Virus record (IMG/VR): IMGVR_UViG_2671180612_000005
Coordinates: 6,888-70,887 of that record
DNA from: a virus
Lineage: Duplodnaviria > Caudoviricetes
Direction: 5' to 3' (one strand)
Length of the DNA: 64,000 nucleotides
In this document: positions 46,875-54,761 of the stretch, in pieces
Numbering within the stretch: the first letter of the stretch is position 1
Layout: each line of letters starts with the position of its first letter
Program-made: the position numbers and the translations under genes
Notes under the pieces: model-generated
The model's input: only the letters and a program-made list of their open reading frames with translations
Told to the model about the DNA's origin: nothing
Database searches by the model: none

Positions 46875-47568
46875 GGTCCGTGACGCCACGCCCCTGAATA
46901 GGTTCGAGCTGACCCGCACCGGCGAGGGCGTCGGGATCTGGGCGGCGGTCGGCGTCAATGCCGTGCTGTCCTCGATCGACGAGGCGATGGACGGCGCCGC
47001 CACCATCGCGTCCGGCAGCATCGTCGCCCGCACCGGTTCGTCCGACGACCTGCGCCGGCGCGTCTGGCACGTGGTAGGCGATGCGCGGACGATCTTCGTG
47101 CCGGAGTTCGCCGGCGTCCGTTTCGTCTCATGCGACGCGGCCGGCGTCGTCCTGCGCACATCGCGCAGCTTCGTCGAGCTGCCGGCCGGCCTGTCCACGG
47201 TGCACATGCTCGACGGGACGATCCGGCGCGTCGTCGATCGCGATCCCATCGCCGTGGACGTGCCGACGGCGAATCCAGTGAAGCGCCGGACGGTCTCGCT
47301 GATGTCGACGCTTGCGGACGCGGTGCTCCCGGCGCCGACGCCGGGCGACTGGATCGTCGTCTCGGCCGGGCCGAACGGCTCGACGATCACCGGTCCCATC
47401 CAGAGCCGGATCCAGCGCCGCGGCCTGGCGACGCTCGGCCGGACGCTGACCACCGGAGGCCGCCGCATCGTCGCGGCATTCTGGGACGGGGACACGACCT
47501 CCGTCCGCATCGGCGCCGGTCGGACGGCGCGCTTCGTCGCCTACGAGGGGACCTGGATCCAGTGCTGA
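46867..47568 (+). CDS. Tail-associated protein, paralogous to the preceding gene
   Basis: RFEL...G...W....N.....IDEA.DG. Confidence 0.6.
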   Translation: MSEVRDATPLNRFELTRTGEGVGIWAAVGVNAVLSSIDEAMDGAATIASGSIVARTGSSDDLRRRVWHVVGDARTIFVPEFAGVRFVSCDAAGVVLRTSRSFVELPAGLSTVHMLDGTIRRVVDRDPIAVDVPTANPVKRRTVSLMSTLADAVLPAPTPGDWIVVSAGPNGSTITGPIQSRIQRRGLATLGRTLTTGGRRIVAAFWDGDTTSVRIGAGRTARFVAYEGTWIQC

Positions 47569-49517
47569 GACACTTCAAGACGTTCCCGGGCGTCGTCACG
47601 GATGACACGCCGTATGCCAGCCAAGGCTTCGCCACCGCCTCCAACCATATCAGGTGGGTGGAGGGGAAGGCGGAGATGCGCGGCGGCTACGTCGACGCCT
47701 GCCCGGGCTTCCTCGTCCCCGGTAAGACCCGGTCGCAGAGGCAGTGGACCACCGTCCGCGGCCAGGCCCTCACGGCGCTCGGCTCGACGGAAGGGATTTT
47801 CGTCGTCGTCGAGAAGCGCGTCCACGACGTCACTCCCACCCTCGCGAGCTTCGACGGCACGATCCAGGGATCCAGGATCTTCGCCCCCGGCCACGGCGTC
47901 CGTCCGGGTCAGCTCGTCCACGTCCGCGGCGGCGGCGTCGGCTCGACCCTCGTCCTGCCGGCCGATCCCTTCCGCACTGCGGCCGGCCTGTCCCAGGTCC
48001 TCGTCTCGGCCGGCGGTCACGGCCTGCCGGACAACACGCTCCTGAAGATCGCCGGCGCGACGCCCGTCGACGGCGAGAACGTCAACGGCCTGCGCACGGT
48101 CCTCGCGGCCGGACCCGACACGCTCGTCCTCCACCTCGACGAGGTCGCGGCCTCGACCGCCTCCGCCGGCGGGACGCCGACGGTCGACGCCTATCGGGCC
48201 TGCCGCGTCGTCTCGGTCGAGGCCGATGCCTTCATCGTCGATACCGTCGGCAACGGCGACGTGACCGTCGTGCCGACACTCCTCCCGGGCCGCGAGGACG
48301 GCGTCCTTCCGGGCGGCTACGGCGTCGGCGGCTACGGCGTCGGCCCTTTCGGCGCGAACATAAGCTACGACACGCGGGCGGCGTTCCTGCCCCGTGTATG
48401 GAGCCTCGACACGTTCGGCGAGACGCTCGTCGCGGCGCCGATCGGCGGGCCGCTCTTCCGGTGGGATCCCAATCCCTCGAAGCGCGCCGTCGTCGTGCCG
48501 AATGCCCCGGCGCATATCGACTGGCTCTGCGTCACCGCGGAACGGGTGCTCATGGCGTTCGGGTGCACGCACCTCGACGGCGTCTACGACCCGTTGGCGG
48601 TGCGTTGGTGCAACGTGGGCGACTTGGACATGTGGACGCCGTCGAGCGCGAACAATGCTGGCGACGACCGCTTCGGCCGCGGAAGCTACATCGTCGCGGG
48701 CTTCGCGACCGATGCCGGCGTCGTCGTGTGGACGGACACGGCCGTCTACGGCGGGAGCGCGACCGGCGATCCGTCGCAGTTCTACCGGTTCGATACGATC
48801 TCGGACAACTGCGGCCTGGTCTCGCCGAACGCCGTCGTCGTGCGCGCCGACGGCGAGTGCTGGTGGCTGGGTCCGGGCAACGTCGTCTACGGCATGGCAG
48901 GAGGCAAGCCCCGAGAGGTCGACTGCCCCGTCACGTCGTGGCTGACCGTCGATCCGGTTCAGGCCTACAAGGCCTTCGCGTGCACCGACTCCAGGTTCTC
49001 AGCCGTTACCTTCTACGCCGGCGACCGGTACATCCGCTTGGACACGAAGGAGGCCGCGGCGAATCCCCGGCTCGGCTGGAGCGTCGGAACGCACGACATG
49101 ACGACGTCCGGCGACCTGTCGGTGATGGGATATGCCATGGCGGTTCGGGCGGACGGTAAAGTCGTGGCGCAGGACGTCGGGACATCGTTCGACGGCGAGC
49201 CAATCACGGCCTTCGTCCGCTTCGCGCCGTCGGAACTCGCCGACGAGAACGGCGACGGGGAGTTCTGCGTGAACCTGAACCGGGTGCACCTGGACTGCAG
49301 GCTGACCGGCGCGATCAAAGTGCGGGTCATCTCGAAGCGCTGGCCCGAGCTTCCGGACCGCGTGAAGGGCCCGTGGATCTTGACACCGGAGAAGCTGAGG
49401 TTCGATCCGAGGGTTCAGGGCCGCCAGTTCGCGCTCGAGGTCTTCTCGGACGGAACGGCCGACGCCTGGCGCCTCGGGCTGCCGAGGGTCGACACGTCGC
49501 AGGGGCCGCGTCGATGA
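47562..49517 (+). CDS. Tail nozzle / stabilisation protein
   Basis: PGVV.D.T.Y, WSLDTFGE.L, DPLAVRW, VWTDTA.Y, R..GRQ, WRLG..R.D. Confidence 0.75.
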   Translation: MLRHFKTFPGVVTDDTPYASQGFATASNHIRWVEGKAEMRGGYVDACPGFLVPGKTRSQRQWTTVRGQALTALGSTEGIFVVVEKRVHDVTPTLASFDGTIQGSRIFAPGHGVRPGQLVHVRGGGVGSTLVLPADPFRTAAGLSQVLVSAGGHGLPDNTLLKIAGATPVDGENVNGLRTVLAAGPDTLVLHLDEVAASTASAGGTPTVDAYRACRVVSVEADAFIVDTVGNGDVTVVPTLLPGREDGVLPGGYGVGGYGVGPFGANISYDTRAAFLPRVWSLDTFGETLVAAPIGGPLFRWDPNPSKRAVVVPNAPAHIDWLCVTAERVLMAFGCTHLDGVYDPLAVRWCNVGDLDMWTPSSANNAGDDRFGRGSYIVAGFATDAGVVVWTDTAVYGGSATGDPSQFYRFDTISDNCGLVSPNAVVVRADGECWWLGPGNVVYGMAGGKPREVDCPVTSWLTVDPVQAYKAFACTDSRFSAVTFYAGDRYIRLDTKEAAANPRLGWSVGTHDMTTSGDLSVMGYAMAVRADGKVVAQDVGTSFDGEPITAFVRFAPSELADENGDGEFCVNLNRVHLDCRLTGAIKVRVISKRWPELPDRVKGPWILTPEKLRFDPRVQGRQFALEVFSDGTADAWRLGLPRVDTSQGPRR

Positions 49518-49744
49518 GGATCCCCAACTCGCCAAGGACCGGGATCGCGGCGCTGGATCGGTTTCTCTCGGACCTGGTCGCGGCGCTGCGGAAGCCCGAG
49601 TCGGAGAGCTACCTGCCGACTGTCCCGTTCGAGGCCGTGGACAGCGTCGGCGTCGGCCGGTCGGGATATCTCTTTCAATGTCCGGATCACCCGGATGGGT
49701 ACCGCTTGGGCGTGACGACGGGTACGGAGGTCCGTTGGATCTGA
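49514..49744 (+). CDS. Small virion-associated protein
   Basis: ATGA overlap. Confidence 0.55.
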   Translation: MRIPNSPRTGIAALDRFLSDLVAALRKPESESYLPTVPFEAVDSVGVGRSGYLFQCPDHPDGYRLGVTTGTEVRWI

Positions 49745-49803
49745 GCCTGTGGCTTGCCGGCCGGTAGGTTCTCGCACAACGTGTGTGTAAGGAGGACCTG
49801 ACC

Positions 49804-50535
49804 TTGGCGACAACGAATCAGCAGCAGCAACGCGAGATCCTGAAGCTGGCCATCGGCCAGCTGGACACCATGCTGACGCTCGCAACGACGATGCGGATCC
49901 AGCAGTACCTACTCCGCAAGAATGCTTCCGGCTTCCGCGACTTCGAGGAGGAAGTCGCGCACCTCGACGACCAGATCGCGATTCACGGAACAGGCGTTCT
50001 TGCGGACCGTCAGAACATTCTCAGGCGTCCGAACCGATGGGACGACGACAACTTCATGCCGGAGGACGTACCGCTGGGTTCGCATGAACTCGGGGCATAC
50101 ATCGACAGTTTTCCTCTTGATGCTGCAGGTTCCTCGTACGTCTTCACACTGCTGGAGGTTTTCGGGAACGATGTCGCCGCCATCGTCAGTCCCGGCTCGA
50201 TCTCGCGCAACAAGGCTTGGCACGAGGACGTGAAGGGTTTCGCCGATCTCCGTGATCCGAACCAAGTCACAACGGCGCAAGCCGCATTCGGGAAGCACTT
50301 CGGAATTGCTGGTCCCGACGTGCCGGAGATCGCGGCGCGTCGCATGGTCGAGCTCAAACGGATCCGAAACGAGTTCGCGCATGATGGCTCGGGGCGAGTG
50401 GATTTCGAGGGCTTCCTCAAGGATGTCGTGGCCATCGTTTGCCACATTGTCTTCCTGACTACGGACGAGGATCGCCTGTCGTCGTATCCTTGGGAGGACC
50501 ACATGAAACAGTTCGATCCTCAGACGAAAGTCTGA
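49804..50535 (+). CDS. HEPN-domain protein (moron)
   Basis: RNEFAH RxxxxH motif; lower GC; AGGAGG RBS before TTG. Confidence 0.7.
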   Translation: MATTNQQQQREILKLAIGQLDTMLTLATTMRIQQYLLRKNASGFRDFEEEVAHLDDQIAIHGTGVLADRQNILRRPNRWDDDNFMPEDVPLGSHELGAYIDSFPLDAAGSSYVFTLLEVFGNDVAAIVSPGSISRNKAWHEDVKGFADLRDPNQVTTAQAAFGKHFGIAGPDVPEIAARRMVELKRIRNEFAHDGSGRVDFEGFLKDVVAIVCHIVFLTTDEDRLSSYPWEDHMKQFDPQTKV

Positions 50536-50537
50536 CC

Positions 50538-50566
50538 TTCGAGTTAGACCTTTCGGTTGGTAGTTT
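50538..50566 (+). promoter_or_regulatory. Late promoter motif
   Basis: TTCGAG-N17-TAGTTT. Confidence 0.65.
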
Positions 50567-50586
50567 CTCCCCATTGGGGGGTGCCG

Positions 50587-50910
50587 GTGGGTCTCGACGA
50601 AATCTTTGCACGCGCCGACGCTTTGAGAGCCGAGCGCGGAGGCCGATCGGACACGATCGTCACCTCCGTGCCGATCGGCTCCTTCGTCGTGCCCGCGGCC
50701 GACGTCAGCGCGATCGGCGCCGGCGACACGAAGACGGGCGGCGAGGTCCTCGGCCTCGTTGATTCCGCCCTGCCCCGGACCGCGTCCGACGCGCCGTTCC
50801 AAGAAATCAAAATATCCCGTGGCGAGCACGTGCTCCCGCCGGCGGCCGCCGAGGCGCTGGGCGAGGAAGGCCTGTGGGCTCTGATCGAACGACTGAAGGG
50901 ACCGCGCTGA
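50587..50910 (+). CDS. Small virion/DNA-transfer-associated protein
   Basis: GRSDTI...GSFVVPA.DVS.IG.G; start uncertain. Confidence 0.65.
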   Translation: MGLDEIFARADALRAERGGRSDTIVTSVPIGSFVVPAADVSAIGAGDTKTGGEVLGLVDSALPRTASDAPFQEIKISRGEHVLPPAAAEALGEEGLWALIERLKGPR

Positions 50911-53900
50911 TGGCCACGACCGGAGCTGCCGCGACCGCCACGGGCTTCAAATGGCAGGACTACGTGCCGGACCTCATCGCCGGTCCCGCGACCACGCAGG
51001 GGACGACCGGCGCGACGTCGGGCACGGGCCAGACGCAGGAAGCTGGCTCGACGACGGACTCGCGCAGCTACACCGGGGCGTTCGAGGGACTCGCCGGCGC
51101 CGTTGGCGCGGGAGCGACGACGCTTGTCGGACAGTACCTTGGTCCGAACGGTCAGCCCCAGGTTCCCGGCGAGTACCAGAAGGCGGTCGACGCCGTCTCG
51201 GGTCTGACGACGAACGGCACGGCCGGTGCGCAGGGCTATTCCGACAAGCTCGGACAGCTCCAGCAGACCTCTAACGCCCAGTGGCTCGGCTCGCTCGGGA
51301 ACGTGAACGTGCGCGATGTCGGCACGGGGACGTGGAGCAAGTCGGCATACGACCAGTACGCCAATCCGTACCAGTCAGCAGTCTACGACAGCCAGATGAC
51401 CGCGCTGACGAAGAGCCAGGCCGAGGAGAAGGCCGCTCTCGACGCCAAGCTCGCAAAGGCCGGGTCCTTCGGTAGCCGCGGCCAGATCGCGGCTGGACAG
51501 CTTGCGGCAGACCAGGCGTCGCTCAAGACGCAGACCGGCGCCAAGCTCCTTTCTGACGGCTACGACAAGGCGTTCGCCGCCTTCACCTCGGACCAGGGCC
51601 GCAAGCTGGACGCCGACAAGGCCAACCAGGGCGCCGACGTCTCGCGCGAGCAGATCGAGAGCGGGAACGCGTCGACGGCCATCGGCGCGAACCAGAACGC
51701 CGACAAGTTCGAGCTGGAGAAGCTCAAGACCGGCGTCGCGAACGAGCTCAGCATCGCAAATTCAAAGATGTCGGCGGCCGAGCTGATGGCTCAGCTCGCG
51801 CAGGGCAAGTTCGAGATGGCCGTGAAGCAGTCCGGTTTGCCGTTGGAGCGGCTGACTGCGCTCGCGCAGATTCTGAACGTCGGCACGACGACCTCGACGA
51901 AGACCAACCAGTCGACGACGAACACGCAGTCGAACGAGCAGTCGAAGACTAACCTGACGAAGCAGACGCAGCAGGAGGGCTTGTCCGACGCCGAGAAGAA
52001 GGAGCTCGAGAACGGGGGAACGAAGACGCCGGGCACCACGACCCCCGGCGGCACGACCACGCCCGGCACGACGACTCCGAGCACTGGCGGCAATCTGCCC
52101 GGCTACGAGCAGCCGTATCCCGCGCCTACGAAGCCGTCGACGGTGCCGACCGGCGCCGTCTGGACGCCTCCCAAGACCGGTTCGCCGACGGGGACGCAGG
52201 GCACGTGGGTCGATCCGAAGACGGGCGACGTCTACAACCAGAGCGGAACGAAGACGACGACCGGCACGGGCCAGACGACGATCGGCGGCCAGGCGCCCGG
52301 TTCGACGGAGCCGCCGCAGAAGCCGTCGACGATTCCGGCCGGAGTCGTGTGGGATCCGTCGATCAACGGCTGGAAGAACCCGACGACGGGGACCGTCTGG
52401 GGCGCCGACGGCAAGGAGTACAAGCTCGAGAACGGTTCGTGGAAGCCCGTCGCCGGCACCACGACGCAGGGTACGACCACGCCCGGAGGAACGACCACGC
52501 CCGGCACCACGTCTCCCGGGGGGACGACCACGCCCGGCACGACCGACCCGACCACGCCTCCGACGACCGGCACCCCGGTGACTCCGCCCCCCGGCTCGAC
52601 CGTGAATCCGGACGGCTCCTACAACGACCCGAACGGCAACCTGTTCGACAAGGACGGAACCGCCATTCCGTCCGTCAGCTACACGCCGACGGCGACGTCG
52701 CCCGACGTCAAGGTCTCGGCGTCGGCGCTGGCCTCGTCGTCGTTCGCCTTCACCCGCCCCGACCTCGTCGCGGCGGGACGCGAACCGCTGGCCATCACGC
52801 CGGCCCAGGCGAATCAGATCGCGTCGTCCATCAACCTCCTGTCCTCGAAGCCGGCCTCCGCTTCCGCGCCCGTGTTCGAGGGCGGAAGCAATCCGTCCAT
52901 CAGCCAGACCTACACTTGGACGACGGACAAGGAGCAGGCCATTTCCGCGACGGTCGACGCGATCGACGGCGGCGCCTACGTCGTCAGCCTGCCCGCCTCG
53001 CGCTTCGGCCCCATCGCCGGCAGCGAGGCCTGGCAGGTGCAGTCCTACCGCTACGAGCCGACGAGCGGGAAGGTGAGCATGGGCGACGGCGCGGGGTCGA
53101 ACTTCAGCGAGACGAACGCCGTCACCGGACCCTTCGCGGACTTCATCAAGGGCGTCACCGGCATGGCGAAGGTCAACATCGACCAGGCGCTCGCCGGCGG
53201 AGCGTATGCGGGCGGCGGCGTGCAGACGCCCGTCGGCATGTATGCCGACGGCGGCGTCGTGCGCGGGGACGATCCCCTCGCCCGCATCGCCGCGTCGTAC
53301 CGGAACGGCGGCCTCGTGGGCTACGCGGACGGCGGTCTCGTCGGGTCCGGCTTCGACACGCTCGGCCTGCCGATGGACTCCGGATACCTCGGCCGGGTCG
53401 ACGCCTTCCGCCGGCGCCCGACGAGGAAGCCCGACCTCGCGACCATGGACCTCGCGACCGCGATCTCCTCGCCCGCGACCCGCATCGACCCCGACGCCGC
53501 TCTCGAGAAGGGTCTTGGCCGCTTCGTAAACCGCGTCACCGCCGACGGCGCCGCGCTGATCGAGATCCCGGACGAGGTCGCGAAGCCGAAGGCCTCCACG
53601 CCCGACTTCAAGGAGTCGGACGAGCTGTTCGACCAGTCCAAGGAGTTCCTGGACGATTCGGCCGACACGGCTAGGTCGCTCGCCGACATCGACCTGGCCG
53701 GGTTCTCGTTCGACCCGCTCGCCACCACCCGCCTCGGCGAGGGCACCGGCGACGAGCGCTACGACGCCCTGATGGCCCAGCTCGCGGCCAAGGAGAACTC
53801 GCCGTTCGCCGCCATCGGTAAGGGTTACATGGCGCGCCAGGCCCGCGATCTCGGCATTGCGGCGAAGCGCTTCGACGCCGGTCAGACGGTCGCGAACTTC

Positions 53901-54761
53901 GAGGCGGACAAGCTGAAGTCGATCGCGACGGCGGAAGCGGGCCTCGCCGGCAAGTCGGCCGAGCTCGCCGGGCTCGACATGCAGCGCGACCTGGACAAGG
54001 ACAGCTACCAGGCCCGCCTTGACACCCTGCTGCTCGGTCCGGAAGTGGCACGCGCCCAGATCGCCGCGTCGAAGGCCACGGCTTCGACAGGCGACGCCGG
54101 CGGCCTGCAGACCGTGTGGGGCAAGGACGCGGACGGCAACCCCGTCGCGCTCCAGCAGACCAAGGACGGCAAGCTGCGCCGGCTCGAGACGCCGGACGGC
54201 GTGAATCCCACGTCGCTCTACGAGAAGGCTTTCGAGACCGAGGGCGGGAAGAAGGCCGGCGGCATCGCCGCGCAGGCTATCGCCGACGCACCCAAGGCGC
54301 TGACCGCGGCCGACACGATGATGGGGACGATCGACGGGATCCTGAACGACGGCAATCTCGGATCGGCGACGGGTCTTTCGGGCAAGATCCTGGGCGCCAT
54401 TCCCGGGACGGCGACTTACGGCACGAAGTCCCGCATGAAGCAGCTCGAGGGCCAGGCCTTCCTGCAGGCGTTCGAGAGCCTCCGCGGCGGCGGCGCGATA
54501 ACCGAAATCGAGGGTCTCAAGGCCACTCAGGCCATCGCGGCGCTCGATTCGGCGCAGAGCGAGGACGACTACCGCCGCGCTCTGAACGGTCTCAAGGAGG
54601 TCGTCATGCAGGGTCGCGCCCGGGCGCAGGCCAAGCTCGAGAACCGCCCGTTCGAGGAGACCTCGGGGGCGGCTCCGGCTGCCGGCAGCGCGTCGGCGGC
54701 GGGTCCGGACTTCTCCTCGATGAGCGACGAGGACCTCGAACGAATCGCGAGGGGTGGCTGA
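50910..54761 (+). CDS. Large internal virion (ejection/DNA transfer) protein
   Basis: Y.NPY...V, AGSFGSR, TTTPG repeats, C-terminal GQAFLQAFESLRGGGAITEIEG. Confidence 0.8.
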   Translation: MATTGAAATATGFKWQDYVPDLIAGPATTQGTTGATSGTGQTQEAGSTTDSRSYTGAFEGLAGAVGAGATTLVGQYLGPNGQPQVPGEYQKAVDAVSGLTTNGTAGAQGYSDKLGQLQQTSNAQWLGSLGNVNVRDVGTGTWSKSAYDQYANPYQSAVYDSQMTALTKSQAEEKAALDAKLAKAGSFGSRGQIAAGQLAADQASLKTQTGAKLLSDGYDKAFAAFTSDQGRKLDADKANQGADVSREQIESGNASTAIGANQNADKFELEKLKTGVANELSIANSKMSAAELMAQLAQGKFEMAVKQSGLPLERLTALAQILNVGTTTSTKTNQSTTNTQSNEQSKTNLTKQTQQEGLSDAEKKELENGGTKTPGTTTPGGTTTPGTTTPSTGGNLPGYEQPYPAPTKPSTVPTGAVWTPPKTGSPTGTQGTWVDPKTGDVYNQSGTKTTTGTGQTTIGGQAPGSTEPPQKPSTIPAGVVWDPSINGWKNPTTGTVWGADGKEYKLENGSWKPVAGTTTQGTTTPGGTTTPGTTSPGGTTTPGTTDPTTPPTTGTPVTPPPGSTVNPDGSYNDPNGNLFDKDGTAIPSVSYTPTATSPDVKVSASALASSSFAFTRPDLVAAGREPLAITPAQANQIASSINLLSSKPASASAPVFEGGSNPSISQTYTWTTDKEQAISATVDAIDGGAYVVSLPASRFGPIAGSEAWQVQSYRYEPTSGKVSMGDGAGSNFSETNAVTGPFADFIKGVTGMAKVNIDQALAGGAYAGGGVQTPVGMYADGGVVRGDDPLARIAASYRNGGLVGYADGGLVGSGFDTLGLPMDSGYLGRVDAFRRRPTRKPDLATMDLATAISSPATRIDPDAALEKGLGRFVNRVTADGAALIEIPDEVAKPKASTPDFKESDELFDQSKEFLDDSADTARSLADIDLAGFSFDPLATTRLGEGTGDERYDALMAQLAAKENSPFAAIGKGYMARQARDLGIAAKRFDAGQTVANFEADKLKSIATAEAGLAGKSAELAGLDMQRDLDKDSYQARLDTLLLGPEVARAQIAASKATASTGDAGGLQTVWGKDADGNPVALQQTKDGKLRRLETPDGVNPTSLYEKAFETEGGKKAGGIAAQAIADAPKALTAADTMMGTIDGILNDGNLGSATGLSGKILGAIPGTATYGTKSRMKQLEGQAFLQAFESLRGGGAITEIEGLKATQAIAALDSAQSEDDYRRALNGLKEVVMQGRARAQAKLENRPFEETSGAAPAAGSASAAGPDFSSMSDEDLERIARGG

